From assembly GCA_016194375.1 (NCBI GenBank), contig JACQBU010000026.1, positions 1 through 50,156 of the forward strand: a DNA stretch of 50,156 bases. The letters are read 5' to 3'. This DNA comes from Nitrospinota bacterium. Its GTDB lineage: Bacteria; Nitrospinota_A; UBA7883; JACRGQ01. This document shows positions 34,964 to 43,658 of this stretch, in pieces (positions within the stretch are counted from its first letter, which is position 1; each line of letters starts with the position of its first letter). The notes beneath the pieces were generated by a model that made no database searches, was not told the DNA's origin, and saw only the letters and a program-made list of their open reading frames with translations. The position numbers were made by a program, and so were the translations under genes.

Positions 34964-36703
34964 ATGGACTTGCACGCCATGAGACACTCCGCCGCCCACG
35001 TGATGGCGCAGGCGATACGCGAGCTTTATCCGAACGCCCAGTTCGCGTTCGGGCCGGAGACGGAAACCGGGTTTTATTACGACGTGAAGATTCCCGGCGG
35101 CGCCATCGGGAACGAGGACCTCCCGAAAATAGAGAAGGGGATGCAACGGATAGCGAAGGGGAGGCATCCCTTCGTCAGGTCGGAGATGAGCAGGGACGAG
35201 GCGCTGAAATATTTCGGCTCGCAGGAGTTCAAGGTGAAGGCGCTCGAGGGGCTTTTGGCCGGGGAAAAAACCGTTTCGCTCTACGAGCAAAACGGCTTCA
35301 CCGACCTGTGCAAGGGGCCGCACGTGGAGCACACCGGGCAGATAGGCGCTTTCAGCGTGGACCGCATCGCCGGCTCCTACTGGCTGGGAGACTCCAAAAA
35401 CGAGCCGTTGCAACGGGTGTACGGCCTGTGCTTCCCCACCATGGACGAGCTGAAGGAATACAAGACCATGATGGAGGAGGCGCGCAAACGCGACCACCGC
35501 GAGGTCGGGAAAAAGCTCGACCTCTTCTCCTTTCACGAGGAGGGGCCGGGGTTCGTATTCTGGCACCCCAAGGGGCTGACGCTTTTCAACACGCTCATAA
35601 GTTTCATAAGGGACGAGAACGACAGTCGCGGCTCCCGCGAGATAAAAACGCCGGAGATTTTAAGCGTGGACCTCTGGCACAGGTCGGGGCACTACGACAA
35701 TTTCAGGGAACACATGTACTTCACCTCCGCCGAGGAAAAACCGTACGCGGTGAAGCCGATGAACTGCCCCGGCTCGATACTCGTGTACAAGGAGGGGCTC
35801 CACTCGTTCCGCGACCTGCCGCTGAGGCTGATGGAGATGGGGCACGTCCACAGGTTCGAGCTTTCCGGCGTGCTTCACGGCCTTTTCCGACTGCGCGCGT
35901 TCACGCAGGACGACGGACACATCTATTGCGCGCCGGAGCAGGTGGAGGGGGAGATATCCTCGTTCGTGGACTACGTCTTCCACGTCTACAAGATTTTCGG
36001 GTTCGAGGACGTGACGGTGTTCGTCTCCACCCGCCCCGAGCACTCGATGGGCGCCGACGAGGTGTGGGAAAGCTCGACGAACGCGCTCAAGTCCGCGCTC
36101 GAAAAAAAGGGGGTCGCGTACAAGGTCAAGGAGGGGGAGGGGGCTTTTTACGGGCCCAAGATAGAGTTCAACGTGAAGGACTGCATAAAACGGAACTGGC
36201 AACTCGGGACGATACAGGTGGATTTTTCAATGCCCGAGCGGTTCGAGCTTGACTACGTGCACACCGACGGATCGAGGAGGAGGCCGGTGCTGTTGCACCG
36301 CGCCGTGCTCGGCTCGCTCGAGCGTTTTTTGGGGATTTACATGGAGCAGGTTGTCGGCGCCTTCCCGCCGTGGCTCGCGCCGGTCCAGGCGGCGATACTT
36401 TCCGTCACCGACAATCAAAACGAATACGCCAAGGAGATTCTTGCGGCGTTGAAGGCCGGGGGCGTGAGGGCGGAGCTAGACGTCTCGGGCGAGCGGCTAA
36501 ACAAGAAGATAAGGAACGCCCAGCTGGCAAAGACGCCGTACATGATAATCCTGGGGGAGAAGGAGGCGGCGGCGAGGAACATTTCCGTGAGGCTTCGGTC
36601 GGGCGAGAACGTGAACGAGATTTCGACGGAGACTTTTGTCAGGACGGTCGGCGACCTTTCCGCCTCCCGCTCAAACGTCCTCTGGCCCGTCCTTCCGTCT
36701 TAA
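34964..36703 (+). CDS. thrS: Threonine--tRNA ligase lacking the N-terminal TGS domain
   Basis: ATG at 34964 with an AAGGAAG SD. The protein starts directly in the editing-domain motif MRHSAAHVMAQAI. Class-II core …FRLRAFTQDDGHIYC… and the anticodon-binding domain are present. Length is 579 aa. Confidence 0.9.
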   Translation: MDLHAMRHSAAHVMAQAIRELYPNAQFAFGPETETGFYYDVKIPGGAIGNEDLPKIEKGMQRIAKGRHPFVRSEMSRDEALKYFGSQEFKVKALEGLLAGEKTVSLYEQNGFTDLCKGPHVEHTGQIGAFSVDRIAGSYWLGDSKNEPLQRVYGLCFPTMDELKEYKTMMEEARKRDHREVGKKLDLFSFHEEGPGFVFWHPKGLTLFNTLISFIRDENDSRGSREIKTPEILSVDLWHRSGHYDNFREHMYFTSAEEKPYAVKPMNCPGSILVYKEGLHSFRDLPLRLMEMGHVHRFELSGVLHGLFRLRAFTQDDGHIYCAPEQVEGEISSFVDYVFHVYKIFGFEDVTVFVSTRPEHSMGADEVWESSTNALKSALEKKGVAYKVKEGEGAFYGPKIEFNVKDCIKRNWQLGTIQVDFSMPERFELDYVHTDGSRRRPVLLHRAVLGSLERFLGIYMEQVVGAFPPWLAPVQAAILSVTDNQNEYAKEILAALKAGGVRAELDVSGERLNKKIRNAQLAKTPYMIILGEKEAAARNISVRLRSGENVNEISTETFVRTVGDLSASRSNVLWPVLPS

Positions 36704-36746
36704 TCCGTGGTGCATTCTCAAAATCTGGGAGCGACTCATTTTCAAT

Positions 36747-36797
36747 GGTAGGTGCGGCTTTAGCCGCACCAATGGTGCGAATAAATTCGCACCTACC
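36747..36797 (+). repeat. Double-hairpin palindromic repeat, copy 2 (51 nt); possible thrS terminator
   Basis: GGTAGGTGCGGCTTTAGCCGCACC-AAT-GGTGCGAATAAATTCGCACCTACC is identical to 1163-1210 except for a 3-nt AAT insertion between the hairpins. It lies 44 nt after the thrS stop. Confidence 0.85.
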
Positions 36798-36960
36798 CTA
36801 ATAGGACGCCATAATGGCGAAGGCCCACGCCGGGGTTTTCGGCGATTGAAATATTCGCCTGCTTACACCCGTCGCGCCTTAAGGGACATTGCAAAACTTC
36901 ACGAGTTCACGAAGAAAGGAATAGGAAAGACCATTCTCCGTTTCAAAATAACTGTATTTT

Positions 36961-37422
36961 TTACGGGTTTGCCGGAAGAATAAGGGCTTCTTTTCCCCTT
37001 TCTATGTCAATCTTATCTCTTGCCTTCCGAAAGAGTAGTTCAATCACACAAGTAGCTATAATACCTATAACAATGGTCAGAAGTGGCAAACAGAAAAAAC
37101 GTCCGGCAAACAGCGAAGGACAAATTTTATCTATAGACAATAAAAATAACCCGGCGGTTGTGATACACATGGTTGCCTGAAGAAAAAGGCTCGCTGATGG
37201 AGGTTGCTGGAAGGGAGGAACCGGGAGAGGAAATGGCAAGCAGGCAGACTGGAATAACCGGTATTTCCATAAACCAATAGTAAGAGACATCAAAAGAAGA
37301 AATGCAAAAAATAAAATCATTCCTCCGAACATTTCACAATTGTCTTGCTCTCCGAGGTTTCCAGCCGCTACAAGCGCCGCACCAGCAATAGTTGAGCCTA
37401 CGGAAGGAATCTGCCAAATCAA
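36961..37422 (-). CDS. Hypothetical small membrane protein in a low-GC islet
   Basis: 153-aa ORF with about 4 hydrophobic helices and markedly lower GC than its surroundings. TTG start. I recognise no domain. Confidence 0.4.
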   Translation of the reverse strand: MIWQIPSVGSTIAGAALVAAGNLGEQDNCEMFGGMILFFAFLLLMSLTIGLWKYRLFQSACLPFPLPVPPFQQPPSASLFLQATMCITTAGLFLLSIDKICPSLFAGRFFCLPLLTIVIGIIATCVIELLFRKARDKIDIERGKEALILPANP

Positions 37423-37652
37423 GGTATTATGATGAAGAGCAGTATTAGAAAATTCTAATGGATATTTCTTGTCCCTATTATCCGAACCTAGTTACGCGCT
37501 TTCTTCCATGAAAAAAATAATATACCCCACGTCAATAATAGTCAAACAAGGCATGGCTTGGCGGTCTATTTATATAGTTACACATTCTTTGAAAGCACGT
37601 AATTAGTAGGTGTTTTTTCTTCGGAAAAAACGCCGCTTTAAAAAAATATAAC

Positions 37653-37681
37653 TTGCAAACGATTTGGAAATTCTTTATACA
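37653..37681 (+). promoter_or_regulatory. Putative sigma-70 promoter for topA
   Basis: TTGCAA (37653-37658), a 17-nt spacer, then TATACA (37676-37681). The topA ATG at 37691 would leave a very short leader. Confidence 0.3.
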
Positions 37682-37690
37682 TCCGACCTT

Positions 37691-39761
37691 ATGGCGCAAA
37701 AAGCGGCGGCAAAACCGTCAACAAAAAAAAGCGGAAAGTATCTCGTCATAGTGGAGTCGCCCGCCAAGGCCGGCACCATCAGGAAGTACCTCGGCCCCAA
37801 TTTCGACGTTAAGGCGAGCGTCGGCCACGTCCGCGACCTCCCCAAGAGCAAGCTGGGGGTGGACGTGGAGCACGACTTTAAGATGCATTTCGTCACCATC
37901 AAGGGGAAGACGCAGGTCGTCAAGGACCTCAAGGCCGCCGGGAAGAAGGCGGACGTCATATACCTGGCCCCCGACCCGGACAGAGAGGGGGAGGCCATCG
38001 GCAGGCACATAGCCGACCTACTGGACAGCCCCGAGAAGACGTACCGGATAATGTTCAACGAGATAACCAAAAAGGCGGTGCTGGCCGCGATAGAGCACCC
38101 GATGAAAATCAACGACAACCTCGTGCAGGCCCAGCAGGCGAGGCGCGTGCTCGACAGGCTCGTAGGCTACAAGCTCAGCCCGCTCCTTTGGAAAAAGGTG
38201 CGGAGCGGGCTTTCCGCAGGGCGCGTCCAAAGCGTTGCGATGCGCATACTGGTGGAGAGGGAGAAGGAGATAGAGGCGTTCGTGGCGAAGGAGTACTGGT
38301 CATTCACCTGCCTGCTCTCAAAGGGAGGCGAAAAGCCGTTCGAGGCTAGGCTACACCAGATTGACGGCGCGAAGTTCGAGCGTCGGGGGCGGAGAGACGA
38401 CCGGTCTCATCACATACATGAGGACGGACTCGACCCGCGTCGCGGACGAGGCGATAGCCGAGGTTAGGACTCACATCGAGAGAAATCTGGGAAAGGATTA
38501 TCTCCCGGAAAAACCGAACTCGTACCAAAGCCGGTCCTCGGCGCAGGAGGCGCACGAGGCTGTGCGCCCCACGTCGGTGGAGCGCACGCCGGAGTCGGTG
38601 AGGCGCCATCTGTCGCCGGACGAGTTCAAGCTTTACGACCTGATTTGGAAGCGGTTCGTTGCGAGCCAGACCTCCCCGGCGGTCATCTCCACCCTGACGG
38701 TGGACAGCGCCGCCGGCAAATACACCATTCGCGCAACCGGGTCGAACATGAAGTTCATGGGGTTCCTGAAGGTGTACGGCGAGGACGAGGAGAAGGAGGG
38801 GGAGAAGGAAAACGTCATACCGCCGCTCTCCGCCGGCGACAAGCTGGAGTTGAACGAGGTCAGGCCGAACCAGCACTTCACCCAGCCACCCCCCCGGTAC
38901 ACGGAGGCCTCCCTCATCAAGGAGCTGGAGGAGAAGGGGATAGGCAGGCCGAGCACCTACGCGACCATCATGGACACCATTCAAAGCAGGGACTACGCCG
39001 AAACGGAGGAGCGCCGCTTAAAACCGACAGAACTGGGAAGGATGATAACGGAGCTTCTCATGCAACATTTCCCCTCCATAATGGACGTGCAGTTCACCGC
39101 CCAGCTGGAAAGCAACCTGGACAAGGTGGAGGAGGGGGACAAGGACTGGGTCGCGCTTTTGAAGGAGTTTTACGCGCCGTTTGAAAAGTCCCTTGACGCC
39201 GCCAACGTCAACATCGTAAGCCAAAAAGAGGAGATTAAGACGGAGCACGTCTGCGAAAAATGCGGGTCGCCTATGGTGATAAAGCACGGCAGGTACGGCA
39301 AATTTCTCGCCTGTTCGGCCTACCCGGCGTGCAAAAACGCAAAACCGCTCAACGACGAGGGCTCCGCGCCACAGGAACCGGTGAAAACCGGCGACAAATG
39401 CCCGACCTGCGGGTCCGACATGGTCCTGCGCTCCGGACGGTTCGGCAAGTTCATCGCCTGCGAGAATTACCCAACATGCAAGACCACAAAGCCGATTACT
39501 ACGGGCATAAAATGCCCGAAAAATTGCGGCGGGGAACTGGTGGAAAGGCGGACGAAAGGGAAGCGCTTCTTCTACGGATGCTCGAGCTATCCGAAGTGCG
39601 ACTACGTCAGTTGGGAAAAACCGGTCAAGGAACCCTGTCCCAAATGCGGACACCCGTTTTTGGTGTACGCCAACAAAAAGAAGTCGGAATCGCCGTCGCT
39701 AAAATGTCCGAACAAGGACTGCGACTATAAAAAGGAATTGGAGCCCGCACAGGAAACATAA
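37691..39761 (+). pseudogene. topA: DNA topoisomerase I with internal deletion/frame break
   Basis: Toprim start KYLVIVESPAKAGTIRKYLG and DPDREGEAI are present. After …EYWSFTCLLSKGGEKPFEARLHQIDGAKFE (about 38375) the frame changes and resumes at …GGGETTGLITYMRTDS (active-site Tyr). The region that normally carries PF-TSTLQQ is absent in every frame. Four C-terminal zinc ribbons follow. Confidence 0.85.
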
Positions 39762-40054
39762 AATTTCTCTCCCCCCCCCAACGTTTAAAGAAGGATATTT
39801 TTTTTAACATTAGTGTCATAAAAAAAATTAGCGCAAACCTAGTCCAAGACAAAATTTTTTAAAAAAAACCTCGTTTTTTTCAATCGACACTTTTAATATC
39901 AAACCGTTATGAGAGAATTACGCTTAATGTGGTTTTCCAACTTTTTTTGGTCGGTCATATTTTAAAATCAATGAGTAAGGAAATTTTTCAAATTTAATAA
40001 CCCCATGAAATTAAAGGAACTCATGCCTATTGGATGTTAATTAACCCCCATTTG

Positions 40055-40083
40055 TTGACTTTTGAATATCAGATTGGTATAAG
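40055..40083 (+). promoter_or_regulatory. Putative sigma-70 promoter for the xre-pilMNOPQ operon
   Basis: TTGACT (40055-40060), a 17-nt spacer, then TATAAG (40078-40083). It sits at the 3' end of a roughly 360-bp AT-rich intergenic region, 58 nt upstream of the xre-like start. Confidence 0.45.
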
Positions 40084-40140
40084 TATTGCGTGTCAGTTCT
40101 GGAGTGAGAAAAGTTTGTTTCTTATCGGGAGGAGTAGCGC

Positions 40141-40359
40141 TTGAGACGCGACAAGGTTGACAATCGTGTTAGAAAAATACGTGAATCCAAGATGATGAGC
40201 AAAGCGGAGCTTGCCAGAAAAACCGGGCTTTCGGCGCAGACCGTCGACCGGGTGGAAAAAGGGCACCTTTGCCGGCTTGACACAAAGCGCAAGATATTGC
40301 TCGCGCTAGGCCTTGGCTTGGAGGATCGCAAGAACGTGTTTAACGACGAGATGGGTTGA
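40141..40359 (+). CDS. XRE-family helix-turn-helix transcriptional regulator
   Basis: TTG start with a GGGAGGAG SD. NRVRKIRESKMMSKAELARKTGLSAQTVDRVEKG is a canonical HTH_XRE. Length is 72 aa. Confidence 0.75.
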   Translation: MRRDKVDNRVRKIRESKMMSKAELARKTGLSAQTVDRVEKGHLCRLDTKRKILLALGLGLEDRKNVFNDEMG

Positions 40360-40369
40360 GGAGGGGCCG

Positions 40370-41461
40370 GTGTTTTTTTCTTCCCAAAAACCTTTGGTTG
40401 CCATAGACATCGGCGGATATTCCGTCAAGGTCGCCCAATTGAGGAAGACGCGCAAGGGGTACGAGCTTTTGGGCTTCGGGATGACGCACCTTCCTCCGGA
40501 CACCGTGGTGGACGGAGAGGTGGAGAACCCGCAGGCGCTGACGGAGGCGTTGCGAAACCTGCTCAAGGCCGAAAAAATCAAGAACAAGGACGCGGTAGTG
40601 GGAATTTGCGGCCAGTCCGTGGTCATCAAAAAGATTTCGGTGCCCGTCATGTCCGAAGACGACCTGGCGGAGATGATAAGGGAGGAGGCGGAACAATACA
40701 TCCCCTTCGACATCGAGGACGTCCACATGGACTTCCAAATCGTGAAGGCCGATGGGGGCGTTCCGGCCGCCGGCGCGGCCCCCGCCGCCGCCGCCGAGGA
40801 AAAGCAGATGGACGTCATGATAGTGGCGGTGCAAAAGGACGTCATAAAGTCGTTTATGGACGTCTTCAAGGAGGTCGGCGTCAACGTCAGGGTCGTGGAC
40901 CTGTCCGTGTTCGCGCTTGAGAACATTTTTGGGCTGGCCGACAGGGCGGACTACGAATCGGCCGTGGCGCTCGTCAACATAGGCGCGTCCATGACCAACA
41001 TAAACGTTTTAGAGAGGGGGACGACCGCCTTTGCGCGCGACATTCAGATGGGCTCGTCCGTCATATCGGAGGAGATACAAAAAAGCCTTTCCGTCGGTTT
41101 TGCGGAGGCGGAAAAAATAAAGCTCGGGCACCTGCCCGAGGGGCATTCGAGGCAGGAGATAATCCCCCTGATAATGGCGGGGGTAGAGGAATTGTGCCTG
41201 GAGATTCGAAAGACGTTCGACCTCTACGAGAAGACGGCCGAACTGAAGGTCTCGAAGATATACGTCTCCGGCGGCGGCGCGATGCTGGAGGGGATTGACC
41301 GGATGATTCGCGACCAGCTCAAGATCGACACCGAGTTGTTCAACGCCTTTAGCGGCGTCGTGTTCGACCAAAAGCGTTTTGACCCCCGGTACCTCGAGGC
41401 GATGGCGCCCGTTGCGGCTATACCGCTCGGCCTGGCGCTAAGGACGGCAAGCGACAAATGA
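40370..41461 (+). CDS. pilM: Type IV pilus assembly ATPase-like protein PilM
   Basis: GTG at 40370 follows the GAGGAGGGG SD. …LVAIDIGGYSVKVAQL… begins an actin-like fold, with …VNIGASMTNINVLE… and …IYVSGGGA… further on. Confidence 0.88.
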   Translation: MFFSSQKPLVAIDIGGYSVKVAQLRKTRKGYELLGFGMTHLPPDTVVDGEVENPQALTEALRNLLKAEKIKNKDAVVGICGQSVVIKKISVPVMSEDDLAEMIREEAEQYIPFDIEDVHMDFQIVKADGGVPAAGAAPAAAAEEKQMDVMIVAVQKDVIKSFMDVFKEVGVNVRVVDLSVFALENIFGLADRADYESAVALVNIGASMTNINVLERGTTAFARDIQMGSSVISEEIQKSLSVGFAEAEKIKLGHLPEGHSRQEIIPLIMAGVEELCLEIRKTFDLYEKTAELKVSKIYVSGGGAMLEGIDRMIRDQLKIDTELFNAFSGVVFDQKRFDPRYLEAMAPVAAIPLGLALRTASDK

Positions 41462-42096
41462 TGAGGATAAACCTACTCAGGGTCAGGACCCCCAAGGCCG
41501 TGCGCCTCGTCCAGAACCAATTCCTCGTGTTTTTGGCGGCGTTCTTGGCGGCGTCGGCGGCGGCGGTTTGGTGGTCCCTAGCGGTTTACGCCGCGAAATC
41601 ATCGGCCGAGGACGCCCTTGCCGCGGAGAAGGCCAAGCTCGCGAGGCTTGAGTCGGTCACTCAGAAGGTGGAGGAGATCGAGGCCAAAAAGAAGAGGCGC
41701 GAGGAGATATTGGACGCCATCAGGAGGCTTGAGGAAAGAAAACAGGGGCCTCGGCCGTATTTGGACAGGCTGAACACGCTTCTGCCGACGGACTTGTGGC
41801 TGACGGACGTCAACGCGGCCGGCGTCGGGATTGTGGTGTCCGGCTACAGTTTTTCCAACAACGCGATAGCCGACCTTATGAGGGGCATGGAGGCGTCCGA
41901 CCAGTTTCAGGACGTGGAGCTGGGGATTATACAAAACGAGGTTTCGCAGAAGGAAAACGTGAAGCGCTTCACGCTCAACGGTCGCCTGAAGACGCTCGCG
42001 AGGCTCGATGACATCGCCAAGAAGAAGGAAGCCGAGGCTAAGGCCGCCGCCGCAAAACCGGCGGAGGCGCCCAAGCCCGCGGCCGGAGCAAAGTAG
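41458..42096 (+). CDS. pilN: Type IV pilus assembly protein PilN
   Basis: MMRINLL…, a single TM helix, a coiled coil, then the ferredoxin-like C-terminal domain. There is an ATGA overlap with pilM. Confidence 0.85.
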   Translation: MMRINLLRVRTPKAVRLVQNQFLVFLAAFLAASAAAVWWSLAVYAAKSSAEDALAAEKAKLARLESVTQKVEEIEAKKKRREEILDAIRRLEERKQGPRPYLDRLNTLLPTDLWLTDVNAAGVGIVVSGYSFSNNAIADLMRGMEASDQFQDVELGIIQNEVSQKENVKRFTLNGRLKTLARLDDIAKKKEAEAKAAAAKPAEAPKPAAGAK

Positions 42097-42101
42097 GAGC
42101 T

Positions 42102-42761
42102 ATGGGTTCAATAAAAGACAAACTGCTGGCCTATTTGCCGTACTCAAGGCTCCAGGGAATCGCCTCTAACATCAGATGGGGCGTCGTGGGCGGGGTGCCG
42201 CTTGTCATCGTGGCCCTCGCATATTTTCTTGTCATAAGCCCCGCCTCGGACCTGGTCGACGCCGCCAAGGCGCAGTTCGAGCCGATCCACAAGGACGTCC
42301 AGGAAAAGGAGGCGCTGGAGAGGAAGCTTCCGGATTTGACAAAGCAGATAGCGGAATTAGAAGCGCAAGTGGCCGACCTGCGGCAACAGCTTCCGGAGAA
42401 GAAGGAGATACCCGACCTTTTGGACCAGGTTTCCGCAATGGGCCTTCAGGCGGGGCTTGAGGTCCAGGTCTTCAAGCCGCTTCCCGAGGTCGAAAAGGAT
42501 TTTTACGCCGAGGTTCCGGTGGACATCACGGTCAACGGCACGTTTCACGGCATAGTCGATTTCTTCGACAAGGTGGCCAGAATGCCGCGGATAATGGCGT
42601 TCACCAACGTCAACATGACCAAGGCGACCGCCAGGAAGACGAAAACCGGCCCGGCCGTCCCGACCCTTACCGGAACGCAGATATCGGCAATTTGCAAGGG
42701 GGTGACCTTCCGGTTCTTGGAGGCCAAGGTGGACAAGACGGCCGCGGCGGGAAAGAAGTAG
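42102..42761 (+). CDS. pilO: Type IV pilus assembly protein PilO
   Basis: A TM helix, then a coiled coil (…LTKQIAELEAQVADLRQQLPEKKEIPDLLDQV…) and the PilO core (…FYAEVPVDITVNGTFHGIVDFFDKVARMPRI…). Confidence 0.85.
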   Translation: MGSIKDKLLAYLPYSRLQGIASNIRWGVVGGVPLVIVALAYFLVISPASDLVDAAKAQFEPIHKDVQEKEALERKLPDLTKQIAELEAQVADLRQQLPEKKEIPDLLDQVSAMGLQAGLEVQVFKPLPEVEKDFYAEVPVDITVNGTFHGIVDFFDKVARMPRIMAFTNVNMTKATARKTKTGPAVPTLTGTQISAICKGVTFRFLEAKVDKTAAAGKK

Positions 42762-42764
42762 ACC

Positions 42765-43651
42765 ATGAATAAGAAAAAGGTCCTGATAGCAGGCGCGGTC
42801 GCCTTGGCGGTCGCGGTGGCGGCCGGCGCATATTTCGCCCTCGGGGGCTTCCAAGCCGCCGCGGGGCCCCAGGAAGAGTTCGGCTCCTTGGCGAACGCCA
42901 TGGCGGGCGGGAACAAGGCCGTCGTCTCGGGGCTCGTCTCCAAACAGTTCAAGGACGCGGGGCTGGACTACAACGCGGCCGTGGAGGAGCTTTCCATCAA
43001 GCGCCCGGGATACATGGCGACCGTTGACGGGGTGGCCGTGAACGGAACCGTCGCGGACGTCTCGTACACGCGGAAGGAAATCGTCGATAAAAAACCGGCG
43101 ACCACGAAGGTCGAAAAGGAAACCTGGGCAAAGGAGGGGGACGGCAAATGGAGGCTGGCTAAATTTTCCCCCGCGGACGCCGCGCGCATCCCCGGGGTTA
43201 TAAAGTCAAGGAAGGACGCCGAGGCGAAGGCCAAGGCGGAGCGCGCCGTTACGGAGGCGGCCAAGACGGCGGATAAGAACGCGCCTTACTCCTACGTCGG
43301 CAAGCGCGACCCGTTTGCGTCGCTCATAGTGGAAGGTTCGCGGAGGAGGGCGTCGGCGCGGACGAGGCGTCAAAATGCGAGCCGGGAAGGAAGCGCGAGT
43401 TTCTGGAGGCGTTCGACCTTTCCAACTTCAAGTTGAGCGGCGTGGTTTTCAGCGGGCAGTATTACGCCCTCATAGAGGGGCAGAACGGACACGGATACAC
43501 GGTTCGGCGCGGGATGCACCTGGGAAGGCGTTGCGGGAAGATATCGAACATTACCGCCGAACGGCTCGTGGTCGAGGAGACGCACCTGAATCCGCGAGGC
43601 GGGTACGAAACAAGGGAAGTCGAATTAAAACTTAGAGAGAAAGTGGAGTAG
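42765..43651 (+). pseudogene. pilP: PilP-like pilus assembly protein with an N-terminal extra domain; reading frame broken
   Basis: Frame 0 gives the TM anchor, an NTF2-like segment and …YSYVGKRDPFASLIVEG (about 43338). The PilP beta-domain (…REFLEAFDLSNFKLSGVVFSGQYYALIEGQNGHGYTVRRGMHLG…ITAERLVVEE…) continues in another frame to 43651. Confidence 0.7.
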
Positions 43652-43658
43652 GGAAATT

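Noticed and set aside
36636-36983. 115-aa + strand ORF downstream of thrS
   Set aside because: It reads through the hairpin repeat and AT-rich spacer, and has no SD or coding-like composition.
37606-37632. GTTTTTTCTTCGGAAAAAAC hairpin upstream of topA, considered as a terminator
   Set aside because: The stem is almost pure A:T, so it is very weak, and there is no upstream same-strand gene that it would terminate.
39798-39948. Helical phasing of the A/T tracts (intrinsic bend)
   Set aside because: Tract centres are spaced about 22, 37, 12 and 68 nt apart, with no consistent 10-11-nt phasing. I report only the tract richness.
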